Positions 24,825 through 37,998 of a stretch of DNA of 64,000 bases are shown piece after piece. Origin of the DNA: Octopus sinensis (Eukaryota). The notes beneath the pieces are model-generated. The model was not told the origin of the DNA. It saw only the letters and a list, made by a program, of their open reading frames with translations, and searched no databases. Both the position numbers and the translations under genes were made by a program. Numbering within the stretch: position 1 is the stretch's first letter; the number at the start of each line of letters is the position of its first letter. The stretch covers positions 78,244,001 through 78,308,000 of the forward strand of contig NC_043003.1 of assembly GCF_006345805.1 (NCBI RefSeq), written 5' to 3'.

Positions 24825-26091
24825 TTGGATTGGCAACTAAGTTCCCGCCGTTTTTTTAAATTTTGGAATTTATTGCGTTTTTAAATTTTGTTCGAGAATT
24901 CTATTTTTGAATCATTTTCGGAATTTTTTTTTTTCTCTAGTTAATTTTAGTTAATTTTTGTTTATTTTCAGATCATTAAAATGGAATGTCAAGTTAAGAA
25001 AAACGAGCATTTTTGACACCTCCTTCTTTGTGCTTTTAATCAAGGTTCTAAGGCCGCAAAAGCTGCTCGCGATATTTGTGCTGTGTATGGAGAGTGTGCC
25101 ATAGCTGAAAGAACCGCTCGTGATTGGTATGCCAAGTTCAAAAATGGAAATTTTGACCTCGTTCTGGCTGTTCAGTTGAGTTCTATGAAGAGCGAATAAA
25201 CCAACATTTGCAAGAAAATTCTCGTCAAACGACAAGGGAACTGGCAGAGAAAATGGAATGCTCCCACACTGCTATAGAGAAGCATCTTCACTTGATGGGA
25301 AAAGTTCAGAAGTGTGGAGCATGGATTCCGTATGCTTTAAGTGACAACAATAAAAATCAACGATCCACAATCTCCGCTGGTTTGCTTGCTCGTCACCGCT
25401 CAACTCATGAACACAAGCAGCGATTTCTTTACCGAATCGTTACTGGCGATGAAAAATGGTGCCTGTACATCAATATGAAGCAGCATTAGGAATGGCTTAG
25501 CCTCGGTAAACAAGTGACACCGTGCGTGAAACAAGATCTTCATCCGCGTAAAACGATGTTGTATGTATGGTGGGGCTGGGAAGGAATTATCCATTACGAA
25601 TTGCTTGAATGGAACCAAACGGTCGACGCGGATCTCTGTGTTCAACAGATGGAACGACTCAACACGGCTATTCAAGAGAAAAAACCTAATCGGTAGCATG
25701 GAGTTCTTCTGCTGCACGACAACGCCCGCACTCATATCGCCAATATGACCAAGGAAGCCATTCAAACGCATGGCTGAGATGTGCCTCCACACCCACCGTG
25801 CTCTCCTGATTTAGCACCAACGGATTTCCACTCTTTCGATCTCTTTCAAATGCTATGCGCAGAGTTTCGTTCAATACTGATGCAGAATTGAGAGCTTGTT
25901 TGGATCAATTTTTCGAGTCGAAATCGGGTGATTTCTACCAACGAGATATTGAAAATTTTGTTGAACGTTGGGAAGAAGTTGTAAACAACAAGGCTGAATA
26001 CATTATTGATTAATTAGTCGTTTTTTTTTTATTAAACCTTTTAAAAAATTTAAATAGAAAAAAAACGGCGGGAACTTAGTTGCCAACCTAA
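24825..26091 (+). mobile_element. Full-length but inactivated mariner transposon (1267 bp)
   Basis: TIRs ttggattggcaactaagttcccgccgttttt and aaaaacggcgggaacttagttgccaacctaa with TA duplication. Transposase starts at ATG 24981 (MECQVKKNEHF*...). Motifs WIPYAL, TGDEKW, LLHDNARTH and CSPDLAPTD are present, with stops and frameshifts. Confidence 0.95.
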
Positions 26092-26284
26092 TAATAAAGA
26101 CTTTAATATTGACGAAATGTGTTTATTATTGATTATAGTAAAATAAAATCATAATAACAATACACCTCATGGTTGTAAAATAAGGCATTTCGAAACTACA
26201 TACACGCCAACAACAAAAAAGCCAGCGACCCGTAGCCCCATAGGTCTTTTAAACACCAGTGCGCGTTAATCATTGTGTAAGCAG

Positions 26285-27045
26285 TAAAAAGCTTTCTCGC
26301 TAAAAGTTTTACCCAATATGTCTATTGTATTTCTAAAGTTTACGTCAGAAGGTTTTTTTCCGGGAGTACGAAATTGCTGTAACGCTCATGTTCTCCTGCT
26401 GCCAGTTTTCATAAGATTAGACGCGTTTTCATGTCGTCGCCCCAATCTATGCACTCTTTAATAAAGATCTGTTCGTATCTTCTATAGTACGCCCCGAAGG
26501 TAACTCCTTCGTCTGGTTCATACTTAAATTCCGTTATTGAGTTTACAACATAATGTGGCAACGTCTTTTTAGCATTTCTTGACGACTTACTATTCATTAA
26601 TTGCAATATTTGTTGTTGTTGTTACTCTTGCAGTTGTAGTTGCTGTACTAGTAATTGTTGTTGCTATTTCTGCAGCTGCTTTTGTTCCTGCAGTTATTGT
26701 TGTTACTGTTTTTGCAACTCGAGCAAACTGGCCAACAAATCTGCCATAATTTTACGCTTTTGTATACCGTAAAATTCGCACAAAGAACTTTTGTGAATTT
26801 CGTAACTCCTTGTGAGTTTGTCAATCCTCGTGAGTTTGTTAAGCCCTCGTCACCACTGTTATAAACCAGCGTCGGACTGCTATAACGTTCACTCCGGTAT
26901 AGCAGTATAGTTAGTTTGACAATAAAATACAACTATCTATGACTGACTCCCGACGACTTCTCGACGTCACAGTATTTGAAATGACTATCACATACCACTC
27001 ATCACGTGGCAGGGGTGTTCCATTATTGATATAATCCCCATAACA
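26285..27045 (-). mobile_element. Truncated Ty3/gypsy retrotransposon: 189-bp LTR, PBS and 5' part of gag
   Basis: LTR TGTTAT...ATAACA (27045-26857), then PBS-like TGGTGACGAGG (26855-26845). A Gln-rich linker follows, then VVNSITEFKYEPDEGVTFGAYYRRYEQIF...DDMKTRLILxKLAAGEHERYSNF, which resembles invertebrate gypsy gag as I recall it. Confidence 0.8.
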
Positions 27046-27887
27046 GGTTGTTGATTTCCTCTTGGGTGAGGTCAGCAGCCAGCCGGAAAATCTGGGATAG
27101 GCGGTGGCTGATCTTGAATTCCGCATTGAAGCTGAGCACGCTTTTTAGGACTGGAGAGGGCATAAATGTCAAGATGTGTAAAGGGTTGCGGTTTTCGGAT
27201 TGAAAATCTCAGAGTCATATGAAGGAGAGATCTGATTATTCGATGGTCAGCTCATCTTTCAGCACCTCTCGTCTATTTAACATATAAGGGTTAAAAACAA
27301 AAAGGATTAAAATGTGACCTGATAAACTAGAGTCCGTGAGTTCTTTTTGTTTCCTTCCCTATTCTATCACAGGTGCTGTTATGTACTCCAGACGACACAT
27401 AACTACGTTTGTTCAAATATCAGTGTTAGAGTAAACATCGTGCTAGTTCGCATTATGCTGTTGTTTTTGTTCTTATCGTAGCAGAGTGTTTTATTTACTG
27501 GAACTTTGAAATATTTTGTAATAAACATACGTATACTATTGATTTATAAACTGAAACTTGTGTAAATACCAACCAATCAGTTTGATACTAAATAATATTC
27601 GAGAAAAAACTTCATTTATCGTGTTTCTCTGAACCACGTATTGCAAACAGAAAAACCTATTAACAATTGGTAAATATTTACAGTCAATAAAATTTAATCC
27701 CCAGACAAATATTTAGTGAAGTTTGTTTAGGGTTTTATTTTAAAATGCATTTATTGAACTAACAATTTTTATCAATCTTTCCCTATATATATATCCGATC
27801 ATCTAAGTACGACACCATCACTTACTTTCTTCTGTTCAGAGAGAGATTGAATTCCTTTTGCCTTGTCAAAAACTTACCTACTTCAGT

Positions 27888-27927
27888 ATGCTGAAACTAC
27901 TCTTAGTTGTTGCCGTTTTTGTTGCGG
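27888..27927 (+). CDS. Exon 1 (signal peptide MLKLLLVVAVFVA) of an uncharacterised secreted 12-Cys protein
   Basis: ATG at 27888, hydrophobic core, and G|gtaagt phase-1 donor. Upstream ttctgttcag acceptor ends at 27839, implying a 5'UTR exon further upstream. Confidence 0.8.
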
Positions 27928-28132
27928 GTAAGTTCTTTCATTATTTTACTCCTTTAATGATTTCATTCATTGGACTGCGGCCATGCTGGAACCCCACATT
28001 CAAAGTTTTAGATAATCGTATCAACTCCGGTATATATATATATATAATATATATATATATAATATATATATATATATAATATATATATATCAGTCTACTA
28101 CTTAATTTTATCAGCTGCCGATGCTTACATAT

Positions 28133-28357
28133 ATTTCTTTATTGCCGACAAGGGGCTAAACATAGAGGGGACAAACAAGGACAGACAAAGGGATTAAGTC
28201 GATTACATCGACCTCAGTGCGTAACTGGTACTTAATTTATCGACCCCGAAAGGATGAAAGTCGACCTCGACAGAATTTGAACTCAGAACATTAACGGCAG
28301 ACGAGATACGGCTACGCATTTCGCCCGGCGTGCTAACGTTTCTGCCAGCTCGCCGCC
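28133..28357 (-). mobile_element. tRNA-derived SINE (family B)
   Basis: Reverse complement of ggcggcgagctggcagaaacgttagc...gagttcaaattc...gtaccagtta...aataaagaaat. Related copies near 5460-5630, 44626-45022 and 62905-63130. Confidence 0.82.
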
Positions 28358-28881
28358 TAAATAAATATATATGTTACATAGTGCTGGGTGACGGAGTCGT
28401 TCATTAACGCTGCCTTGACCGGTGACACGGTATAGCGCCTGTGACAAGGTGCGAACGGTTCGTTTTGAGAATCGAAATTACGAGCTCACGATCGTGTGTG
28501 CGACACCTTAACCTCTAGGCTACAGGCCTTTACGCGCACACACACATGGTGCAAGTAAGAAGAACGAATATAGCACATCTTTATCATTAGTAACAATTGG
28601 GTCGAAACCTATGGTAATCTCATTAACCCATGAATAAAGAACATTTATCCACCAATGCAGTGTTGAGCACTTATTGTCACTTTTCCATATTAACATGTAT
28701 ATATACATACATATAAAAGCAAATAGTAACAAGGATGTCCGGGCATCAGTACATAACGGCTTTGTTACTTATTTGCTTTTTGTTCACCTAACTTTGAGCT
28801 GTGTGGACTATGCCAATCTGACTTGGTGCCTCAATTTAAGTACCTACTTCAACTGAATCTTAATTGTATTATATATATATA

Positions 28882-28928
<47 letters not shown>

Positions 28929-28947
28929 ATATAATATATATATACAC

Positions 28948-29002
<55 letters not shown>

Positions 29003-29006
29003 TACA

Positions 29007-29512
29007 CTAGCAGTATCGCCCGGCGTTGCTCGGGTTTGTAAGGGAAATAACTATATAAGCATTTTTAGAGAGTTACTTCCCTTATAAATTCGGGCTTTCT
29101 TAGCCATTTTTGTTTTGGTGTCTTCAAGCCATGAAGTCGTTGTTCTAAAAGAACGCTGGTTTCCTTCACAACGCATTACGACGTTGATTTCTTTACACTC
29201 CCTTCCCCACAGCTTCACGAGGGAGGGAAGGGGGAGAAGCAAACAGGTGCAGCTGTGAGCGTGGACGCCAACTCCGCCGCCATCGACATACGATGCATTT
29301 TATGCATTAAAATGGAATAAAAAATGATGTTAAATTATTTTTAAAATCGTAAACTCATCGTTGACGCGCGCTAATAGTCAGACGGGCTCGATATGAATCA
29401 CGACTATAAGATACCCGAATTTGGTTAAACTGCACCGCAAAATGTGGGAGGAGTTAGGAATCTAAATCGAAGGGGACAGACACTCACACAACTAGAGTTT
29501 TATATATATAGA
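29007..29512 (-). mobile_element. Non-autonomous Helitron, same family as 16373-16768 but with a different internal segment
   Basis: On the minus strand it has a TC start, a cccgagcaacgccggg hairpin and a CTAG|T end. Terminal ~200 bp and ~75 bp are shared with the 16.4-kb copy. Confidence 0.87.
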
Positions 29513-29958
29513 TATATATATATATATACATATACATCTATGGTAGGCTTCTTTCAGTTTCTGTCTACCATATCCACTCATAAAGCTTTAATTGGCCTGA
29601 AGATATACTAGAAGACACTTGCTCAAAGTGCCAGACAGTGTGACTGAACCTGAAACCATGTGGTTGGGAAGTAAACTTCTTACCACACAGCCATGCTTGC
29701 ACCTTATATAATATAATATAATATAATATAATATAATATAATGTATAATATAACATAATATATTTCCAAACTTAACTACATATTCATGTGTAGAATTCCG
29801 TATTTACAACGGTGAAACAGAAGAATCAAATAGAGTTTGCAAATGGAATTTTGATATGATTTCTTTTTTGTTGTCTTTATATATTACCTAGCAATTTGAA
29901 TCAAATTCTTCAACCACTTATTGAATTTTTTTTCCTTTGAACACTAATGATTCTGTAG

Positions 29959-30061
29959 GTACCCAAGCATCTGCCAGATGTTCTTTTAGAAAAAAAGGAG
30001 AATGCCTGTCGCAATTTAGACATTTGGCAGAAGCCAAGGACAGTAAAGAGAAGATATGTAG
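29959..30061 (+). CDS. Exon 2 of secreted Cys-rich protein (GTQASARCSFRKKGECLSQFRHLAEAKDSKEKICR)
   Basis: ttctgtag acceptor and AG|gtaagt donor. 103 nt, phase 1->2, open in the frame set by exon 1. Completes the signal peptide with an A-S-A cleavage motif. Confidence 0.82.
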
Positions 30062-30332
30062 GTAAGTATATCTTAAAAGCACTCACAGGTAATATTTATG
30101 TTCCTTTTCTTATACAATTCTTTGAATTCCTTTTATAAAGAAGAGGCTAGAGATTCCAAATTCCATCGATGGGATTCAGACATGAAAAACATGAAAATTA
30201 CTTGTTGGATTTAAGAGAAGTTTTAATATTTCTAGTGTTCTATTTACAGTCTGTATTTACAGAATGCGTGCAATATATATAAGCATATATGAAATATATG
30301 TTTGTATGAAGATATATATATGCATAAAAGAG

Positions 30333-30372
<40 letters not shown>

Positions 30373-30754
30373 TGCATGTATGTTTCTAATGCATTTGAAA
30401 ACTGAGTTGCTGATGTTGACATATGGGGTATTAAAAGATTCAGTAATCTTCTGGCTACCAAATAAACTTTACTTTCATTTACTTTCATGATCTCAACAAC
30501 CAGCTATAGTTATTTGAAATGCACTACTCTACAACGATGACGTTTCATTAGAAAGTGAAAGTAGTTTCACAGTTTCAATTTGAATCAAAACTATATAGGT
30601 GACTACTTCCATTACCTTGATGACCAAGTCAGCAGTGGAGGTGGATGTTCTGAGAGCTTAGCTGCTTGAATAAGAATAGGCTGAGTAAAGTTCAGAGAAC
30701 TTCTACCTTTATTGGTAAAAGAAGAACCTCTTCCTCAGACTGAAAGGCAGATGC

Positions 30755-31010
30755 CTATGTGTGAACAGCCATGCCACATGGCAGTGAAACATGGACTGTA
30801 CCTGCAGAGGACATGTGAAGGCTTGAAAGAAATGAAGCTAATATGCTTTGCAGGATGTGCAACATCAGTGTGCACATATGACAAAGTCTAAGCTTCTTGA
30901 GAGAAAAAGTGGTTATAAGTGGAATTAGATGTGGTGTGCAAGAGAAAAGACTGCCCTGGTGTGGCCATGTGATGCATGTGGATGAGAATAGTTGCATAAA
31001 GAACCTCATG
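30755..31010 (+). mobile_element. Degenerate RTE RT-tail fragment (same family as 10433)
   Basis: catggcagtgaaacatgg...gaggacatg...aatgaagctaatatgct...gatgtgc matches the 10.4-kb and 49.7-kb copies. Confidence 0.7.
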
Positions 31011-31450
31011 ATTGATAAAGCACTGTGAGAGCTGGAAGTGAGCCATGGGTTGGTACAAGTAATAATCTGAGGGAGCTAGGTCCAGACTATTAAGTTCCTG
31101 GAGTTTATTTCAGGTTGTTCAAGTGGTATGAGGTCTTGCATTTTCTTACTACAGAAGAGCTCACTCTCCATTAACCACTGCCTGATATTTTTGTCACACA
31201 ATGGCATACACCCACTCCAGCTGTTTGGAGTATAGATAGGCATCAATGGCTTGCCTGTCCACAATGAAATCATAGTGAATTAATAAGCAACTAATAATCA
31301 AATATGTGATACTGAGCAGCAACTTAAACTTTCATAGGCATCTTAAAGTTTCATAGGCATCTTACAGAAACCTAGCTTATCAGACTCAGTTAATACACAC
31401 ACACACACGTATGTATGTATGTTATATTGTTTTTTTCTGTCTTCTTTAAG

Positions 31451-31542
31451 GGTCTACCGTGATGTTGGAAAGTGCCTTGCCAAGTCTCACTGCCATTTAC
31501 ACCAATTTGGTGGTTTATTCAGGGCCGCACATGAAGCGTGTG
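31451..31542 (+). CDS. Exon 3 of secreted Cys-rich protein (VYRDVGKCLAKSHCHLHQFGGLFRAAHEAC)
   Basis: ttctttaag acceptor and G|gtaagt donor. 92 nt, phase 2->1, 3 Cys. Confidence 0.82.
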
Positions 31543-31989
31543 GTAAGTAAAGAATAAAAGAATTTGGCAGGGTGGCAGTGGGGTCAAATAATGTGTATTC
31601 AAAATTTTTTCCAGATTGAATGTGATTAGCTTTTAGTATATAGAGTATTTATTTTACGGAGATGTACTCGCATAGCAAGTAATTTGATCTGAGATCGTGT
31701 GCTGAAACGAAAACAATTGCAGTGTGGAAGGTGTTTATAAGCCATTTAAGAAACACACAAAAGCCGTTCGATTCACTTCAACATTTAAGTTTAATTTGTC
31801 AAAATATTTTCGTCGCTAAAATCCGCGACCTGTTCACTGACAAAGTCCGTGCTGCATCTCAGCATTTATTTTGCTTGACATTAATAAAAATAAAGTTAAA
31901 TTATGGTGACTGATAGACCCTCGTATGAAGCAAATGTGGTTACTCCTGTGAGTCACTGTCTCCATTCATTTTGCTATGGATGATGAGAC

Positions 31990-32620
31990 TCACCTATGTG
32001 TTCAATTTATATATAACATAATGAAATTATTGTATACAGTGCTCAGGTACACCACAACTTGTCAAAAGTGCATATAAAGCATATGCATTAATGTACAAAT
32101 GTCTGGAAAGTGAACAGTGTATGAGTCAGATACATGCTTGCATGTGTATGGAGAGAAGAAAATCAGGTGTAGTGTTAGCGAATCTCAGGAAGCATGGAAG
32201 TTTTGAAGGATGCAGTGCTCCGACAACTAACAACTGATGCCGGCAGTTTGTTCCATGCTTCAGCAAATCTTAGCGTGAAAAAATGTTTCCAAAAGTCATG
32301 GGAGCTATGTTGTTTTCTGACTTTGTAATCATGTCCACGGGTGTTAGACAGATGGAGTTTGAAAAGGTGCTCAGAGTTATTGTTTGTAAGATGGTTAGTA
32401 ATTTTATGGGTGTCTGCCAAGTCAGCTGCCAGATGCTGGAGTTTCAATGTATCCATGCCCAGGGAAGTAAGGCATTCAGAATATGGCAAATGCCTGACGG
32501 AGGGTATTTCTACAAGTAATAAGGAGCACTGGCCTCTTGCCAGACTTTGGTGCTCGGGGGTGCTTCAGAATATTCTGGGTGGGGAATGATTTGTATTGCA
32601 GGAAGATTTTTGTAAACTGA
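31990..32620 (-). mobile_element. CR1/L2-type LINE 3' fragment
   Basis: YSECLTSLGMDTL...DL..THKI...TRGHDYKV...FFTLRF.EAWNKLPASVV...SFK is the characteristic CR1-group post-RT tail. Confidence 0.82.
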
Positions 32621-33523
32621 ATTTTCTAACACTGAGGGTGCAACATTTAATAGTAAGAAGCTAGTGCCATCCAGTGTACCCCCTTAGCAATGGACATGAA
32701 AAAGCAGGCTTTTGTTTAAAAGTGGAGTTTAAAGTATTATACTACTTTTTTTTATGAAGCTGAGAGCCTTTTGAAAGCACTCATTATTTCATGCCAAATC
32801 TTTATTTTAAGTGAGACATTATGATCTTTTTAGGGATGCTGAAATAAATTTTTCAAAAGGGCAATTGACTTTTCCAAGTCAATGAATAATCTCACTAACA
32901 TTTTTAGCATCTGAGGTCATCATAGAGCACGTATAGCAAAACAGCAAAACGAAGTGATGGCCTTATTTGGACTACCATTGGTGTTTATGCTAGTGTTTAA
33001 TTGCAGTGTATTTGGCTTTTGCTGAGGAAAATTTCAGTCTTTGATACTTATAAGACCCAAAACCTTGCATGACCTACAAAATATATTTATAAAACCTGGT
33101 GTCTCTCCCAAAGAATGATAAACTAATGTGCAATTCATTTGTAGAAAGTAGCTAACAAATCAATTCCAGCCATGTTTTACTTTTTATTTTGAACATGTTA
33201 TGCATTGAACAGATTTCTGTTAGAATTAAAGTGGACATTTACACCCCATGACATGATCATCATAATATATACTTTGGCATAAGAAAGAAGAGGGCAAATA
33301 AAAGATCAGAACATTATGAGTGTGTGTGTGTGTGTGTGTGTACATGCGTAATGTGTGTTTTGTGAATATATAATGTTCTGATCAGTTCTTGGCAAGCTTC
33401 TTTCTCATGCTTAAGTACACATATATGAATACTGTATTGTGGAATGTAAATGGCTAAAATATCCAATTAAATTGAATTACTTTTAGTGAGAATTTTAAAC
33501 ATATTTTAATACTTCATCTAAAC

Positions 33524-33783
33524 CAGTGTTTCTCAATTATTTTTTACCTATGGAGCCCCTTGATTCCTATTTTACTTGGATGGACCCTCCTAAGCATTCA
33601 ATGTTTTAAAGAATCCTGCAATATTTTCATAATTAAATATCATTTAGAATTGTATTAAAAAAATTTGTTAAAATATTTTGTGTACTGTAGAAGAATAACC
33701 AGTTTATTGCATGTAAATTTTAGCTACAAAATCTTATGTGGACCCCCTCAAAGGGTCATATGGACACCAGTTGAGAACTACTG
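33524..33783. mobile_element. hAT-type MITE
   Basis: TIRs cagtgtttctcaa and ttgagaactactg, with a perfect 8-bp TSD atctaaac on both sides. Confidence 0.9.
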
Positions 33784-33970
33784 ATCTAAACAAAAGATCT
33801 AAATGTAAGAAAAAGGAAAAAAAAACAAAGTCAAGCAAAAACAAAGCAAAACAAAAAAAAAACAATAATTTTTCATTAAAGGGACTTTTTGAGAGTGACT
33901 AAAGAATATCATATTATAAAATACTATGTTTATGTTTAATATGAGATGTTAATTTTATTTTATTTTCCAG

Positions 33971-34055
33971 AGGGTAAATGTGAACTCACTAAGGTGGTAG
34001 CATGCAAACTTCAAGAACACAATAAGATGATAATGAACAATGGTACTTACTGCTC
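33971..34055 (+). CDS. Exon 4a of secreted Cys-rich protein (EGKCELTKVVACKLQEHNKMIMNNGTYCS)
   Basis: tattttccag acceptor and TC|gtaagt donor. 85 nt, phase 1->2, 3 Cys spaced like exon 2. Confidence 0.75.
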
Positions 34056-34137
34056 GTAAGTTTATTAAAAATTTCTCAGTTTGATGAAGCCTGTCATCTG
34101 CCTCTTATATAAGCTTTTATTCACCAAAGCCTTACAA

Positions 34138-34345
34138 TCATCATCATCATCATCATCATCATCATTGTTTAATGTTCGTTTTCCAGGCTAGCATGGGTTG
34201 GATGGTTTGACTGGGGTCTGGGAAGCCAGGAGGCTGCACCAGGCTCCAGTCTGATCTGGTGGTGTTTCTACAGCTGGATGCCCTTCCTAATGCCAATCAC
34301 TCCATGTGTGTAGTGGGTGCTTTTTACGTGCCACTAGCACAGGGC
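34138..34345 (-). mobile_element. 3'-end-only copy of the RTE family at 10433; similar copies near 50984-51380, 55964-56222, 57915-58330 and 63290-63455
   Basis: (cat)n tail followed by ttttccaggctagcatgggttgga...ctacagctggatgcccttcctaa. Confidence 0.82.
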
Positions 34346-34644
34346 CCACAACTACCTGCTAATTATTAACCTATGTTTCCTTTATCCTCCTCCTTTCCAC
34401 ATCCTTTATCTCTCACTCAGACTCCTTGTCTCTTCTACTGCCATGGTGATAAACCAGTAAGGGAGCTTTTGTGTGGCCTTTTGACCTTCAAGTAATAGAA
34501 GCTAAATATCCTTAAAAATCACACTCTACTGCTTTTATAAAAGGCAGTGGGACATTGGATAATGTGATTCTAGATATATCCTTTTTGAGAAAATGCTGGA
34601 ATAATCATTAATAAAACATCTTTGAATGCTGGGTACTTGATTAA

Positions 34645-34863
34645 CCCTTTAGTGTTCAGATTATTCAATCAAACATAATGCCTATTGATTCCCATTGATT
34701 TGAATTAATCATGCATTATCTCATATCTTCAAGATCTTGATGATGTAATTACTTAATGTAGAATAACATTGTAGGGTAGGTGTGAGAGCCTGGATCTGGT
34801 CAGTTTGAACATAAAACAGATGAGCTATTTTGGCCGGATATGGCCAGTTTAAATACTAAAGGG
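34645..34863. mobile_element. piggyBac-type MITE
   Basis: TTAA|ccctttagt...actaaaggg|TTAA. A second copy lies at 51542-51762. Confidence 0.85.
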
Positions 34864-35404
34864 TTAAGGTTGTCTATACAAGCAGGCAGATCATATATTG
34901 ATCTGAACATGTTTTAACATAGCTTCCTAAAACTAATATACATGTATACTTGTGGTAGTAACACTCTGATAACAGGATTATTAAATAAATTGAAATTTCA
35001 GCTCAGCAGACTAAAAAGGGGTTTGCCATCACAATATGGCTGAAGGGAAAATGCTACATAACACATTGTACTATTTCAATCTGAAACACCAGCAATCTTT
35101 TAATCTTTTTCTTGAAACCATCACATTTCATGTATCCTTCCATTTTAGAGCAGTAGATGATGATTTGATAGAGATCTTGCTGGTATTGAAGTTCTTTCAG
35201 AGGACCAGTTAAATAAAAGTCTCTATGAATAGAGCAGAAACTGAGTGTTATAATTATGGGGTAACAGGGTCTGAAAAATAGATGGGAGGGTCATGGTTGT
35301 AATGTATCATACTTTGTCTTACATGAATAGACACTCCTAAAATAATAAGTTTCCTCTACTCCTTTGTAACATACAATGTTACTAAAAATTTATTAACTGT
35401 TCTG

Positions 35405-36180
35405 TGTGAGGTGGTTTCACAAAGTTCCCAGACTAGTTATGTTTAATAAAAAATAACCTATCTGCCTAAGTTCTAACATCAGCACCTTGTGCAACAATAT
35501 ACATGTCCCAGCATCCCTGCCACTTTCAAATCCAGCTTAGAAGTAATTTTCTGTAAGTAAGTCGAGGACCTTCTGTGATTCACTCTGGATCTTGACAACG
35601 GTGTTAAAACGGTGACCTTTGAGCTGTATTTTCATCATGAGGAAGAGATGAAAATCCGCAGGTGCTAAATTTGGTGAATATGGCAGGTGCGGAAGTGATA
35701 CCATGTTGTTTGTGGCAAGAAACACACATGTAAGAAGAGCTCGGTGACAGGGTGCATTGTTGTGATGAAGAATCCAATTCTTCATGCTCCACAGATCTGG
35801 TCGCTTTCACCAAATGTCTGCCCTCAAATGCTTCAAAACGTTACACTAGAATACTTGATTGATGGTCTGGCCCCGGGAAAAGAATTCTCAATGCACTTGA
35901 TTGAGTTGCAATTCTGTCATGGCTTCGAAAGCCACGACAGAACCACTGTCATGGCTTTTTTACCACTGGAAATATTATGTACGACCCATTGCCTCATCAC
36001 TGTAAACTTGCTGAGGCTTGCTCAATATTTCAGTAGCAGACTTCCCAAGTTCAATGCAAAATTTCACTTTGGCTTTTTGTTCCAGCCTCCTGTCCATGAT
36101 AAAATCACAGACTACAGCATACACATGATCACAAAAACTAAAATTTCACAATTTGCAAAGTAAACATAGCAATGTCACTC
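35405..36180 (-). mobile_element. Mariner transposase fragment (3' half)
   Basis: WILHHNNAPCH...PHLPYSPNLAPADFHLF...LKGHRF catalytic motifs, frameshifted. Confidence 0.85.
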
Positions 36181-37179
36181 CCTACACTGCCTCATGAAAG
36201 TCACTGTTTGCTCTCACCATGCACGCAACTGTATGCAGCCATCTGTTGGCCTCAGACTTTGGTCACTCACAAATACACACCAACCTTGGCTCCATAGATG
36301 TGCTGTTTCCTCTCTTATATTTTTTTACCATGACCAAGTGGCTTCCGCTCCTCAAGAGTACTTGATCTCTCACTATTTCCACTTAGGCCTGCCAAACTTT
36401 CTAGTATCATCCTCATTTGTCAGTTATATTCTGCTCACCCTCACTTCATTTGAAGCCCTACATTAACCTCTGCTTTCAGTCTATCCCCTCCATAAAGTCA
36501 GCCCTTTGAAATCCCCCATTTATATCTTTTGTACAGTTGCCGTCTTACAAGTTTTTCAGGAGGAACATCTAATTGGCACTCCATCAGTTACAACAATAAG
36601 AGTACCTGTTGATTGGATCAATTGAATAGCCTGCTAGTGAAATTCATGTGCAAGTGGCTGAGTACTCCACAGACACGTGTACCCTTAATGTAGTTCTCAG
36701 GGAGATTCAGCATGACACACAGCGTGACAAGGCTGGTCCTTTGAAATACAGGCTCTACACATTTTTGCCAGCTGAGTGGATTGGAGCAATGTGAAATAGA
36801 ATGTCTTGTTCAAGGACACAATGTTTCACTGGGAATTGAACTCACAACCTTACAGTTGTGATCCAAATACCCTAACCACTAAGCCACGTGCCTTCACTAT
36901 GAAGGTCCACAAATGACTTGGATCTAGCCCTTAACTCTGGACCAAACTGTTAACAAAATATATACAAAATACATGCCGTATTCTCTGGCATACAAGTTGA
37001 CATAGTATATAGTGTAAACAATAATACATCATCACTATCTTTTAAATTCCTGTTCTATTTCACATGAAATTTTTGGTGCTCCAAAGTTGTCTTGGAATAT
37101 ACACTGACTTACTTTTTTGGTTTTTAATTTTGATCTGAAATATTCAACTTGTATGTTACAAAATATGGTATATATACTC

Positions 37180-37390
37180 TTTACTCTCTTACTTGTTTCA
37201 GTCATTTGACTGTAGCAATACTGGAGCACCACCTTTAGTTGAGCAAATCGACCCCAGGACTTATTCTTTGTAAGCCTAGTACTTATTCTATTGGTCTCTT
37301 TTGCCAAACCGCTAAGTTACGGGGGCATAAACACACCACCATCGGTTGTCAAGCGATGTTAGGGGGACAAACACAGACACACAAACATAT

Positions 37391-37449
<59 letters not shown>

Positions 37450-37998
37450 CATACATATATATGATGGGCTTCTTTCAGTTTCCATCTACCAAATGCACTC
37501 ACAAGGCTTTGGTTGGCCTAAGGCTATAGTAGAAGACACTTGGCCAAGGTGCCACGCAGTGGGACTGAATCCGATAATATATATCTTATATTTTTCACTT
37601 GTTTCAGTCATTAGACCAGCCATGCAGGGGCACAGCCTTGAAGAACTTTTAGTTGAATGAATCAACCCCAGTAATTGTATTTTTAAGCCTGGTACTTATT
37701 CTATCAGTCTTTTCTTGCTGAACTGCTAAGTTACAGGGACATATACACACCAACACTGGTTGTCAAGCAGTAGTGGGGGACAAACAGAGACTCAAACATA
37801 CACACACACACACACACAGATATATACATATATACGACAGGCTTCTTTCAGCTTCTGTCTACCAAATCCACTTTCAAGGCTTTGGTTAACCTGGGGCTAT
37901 AGTAGAAGGTACTTGCCCAGTGTGCCATGCAGTGGATCTGAACCTCGGACCATGTGGTTGGGAAGCAAACTTCTTACCACACGGCCATACCTGCACCT
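37180..37998 (-). mobile_element. Two tandem family A SINE copies
   Basis: Two successive reverse-complement family A bodies (~37180-37570 and ~37590-37998). Confidence 0.82.
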
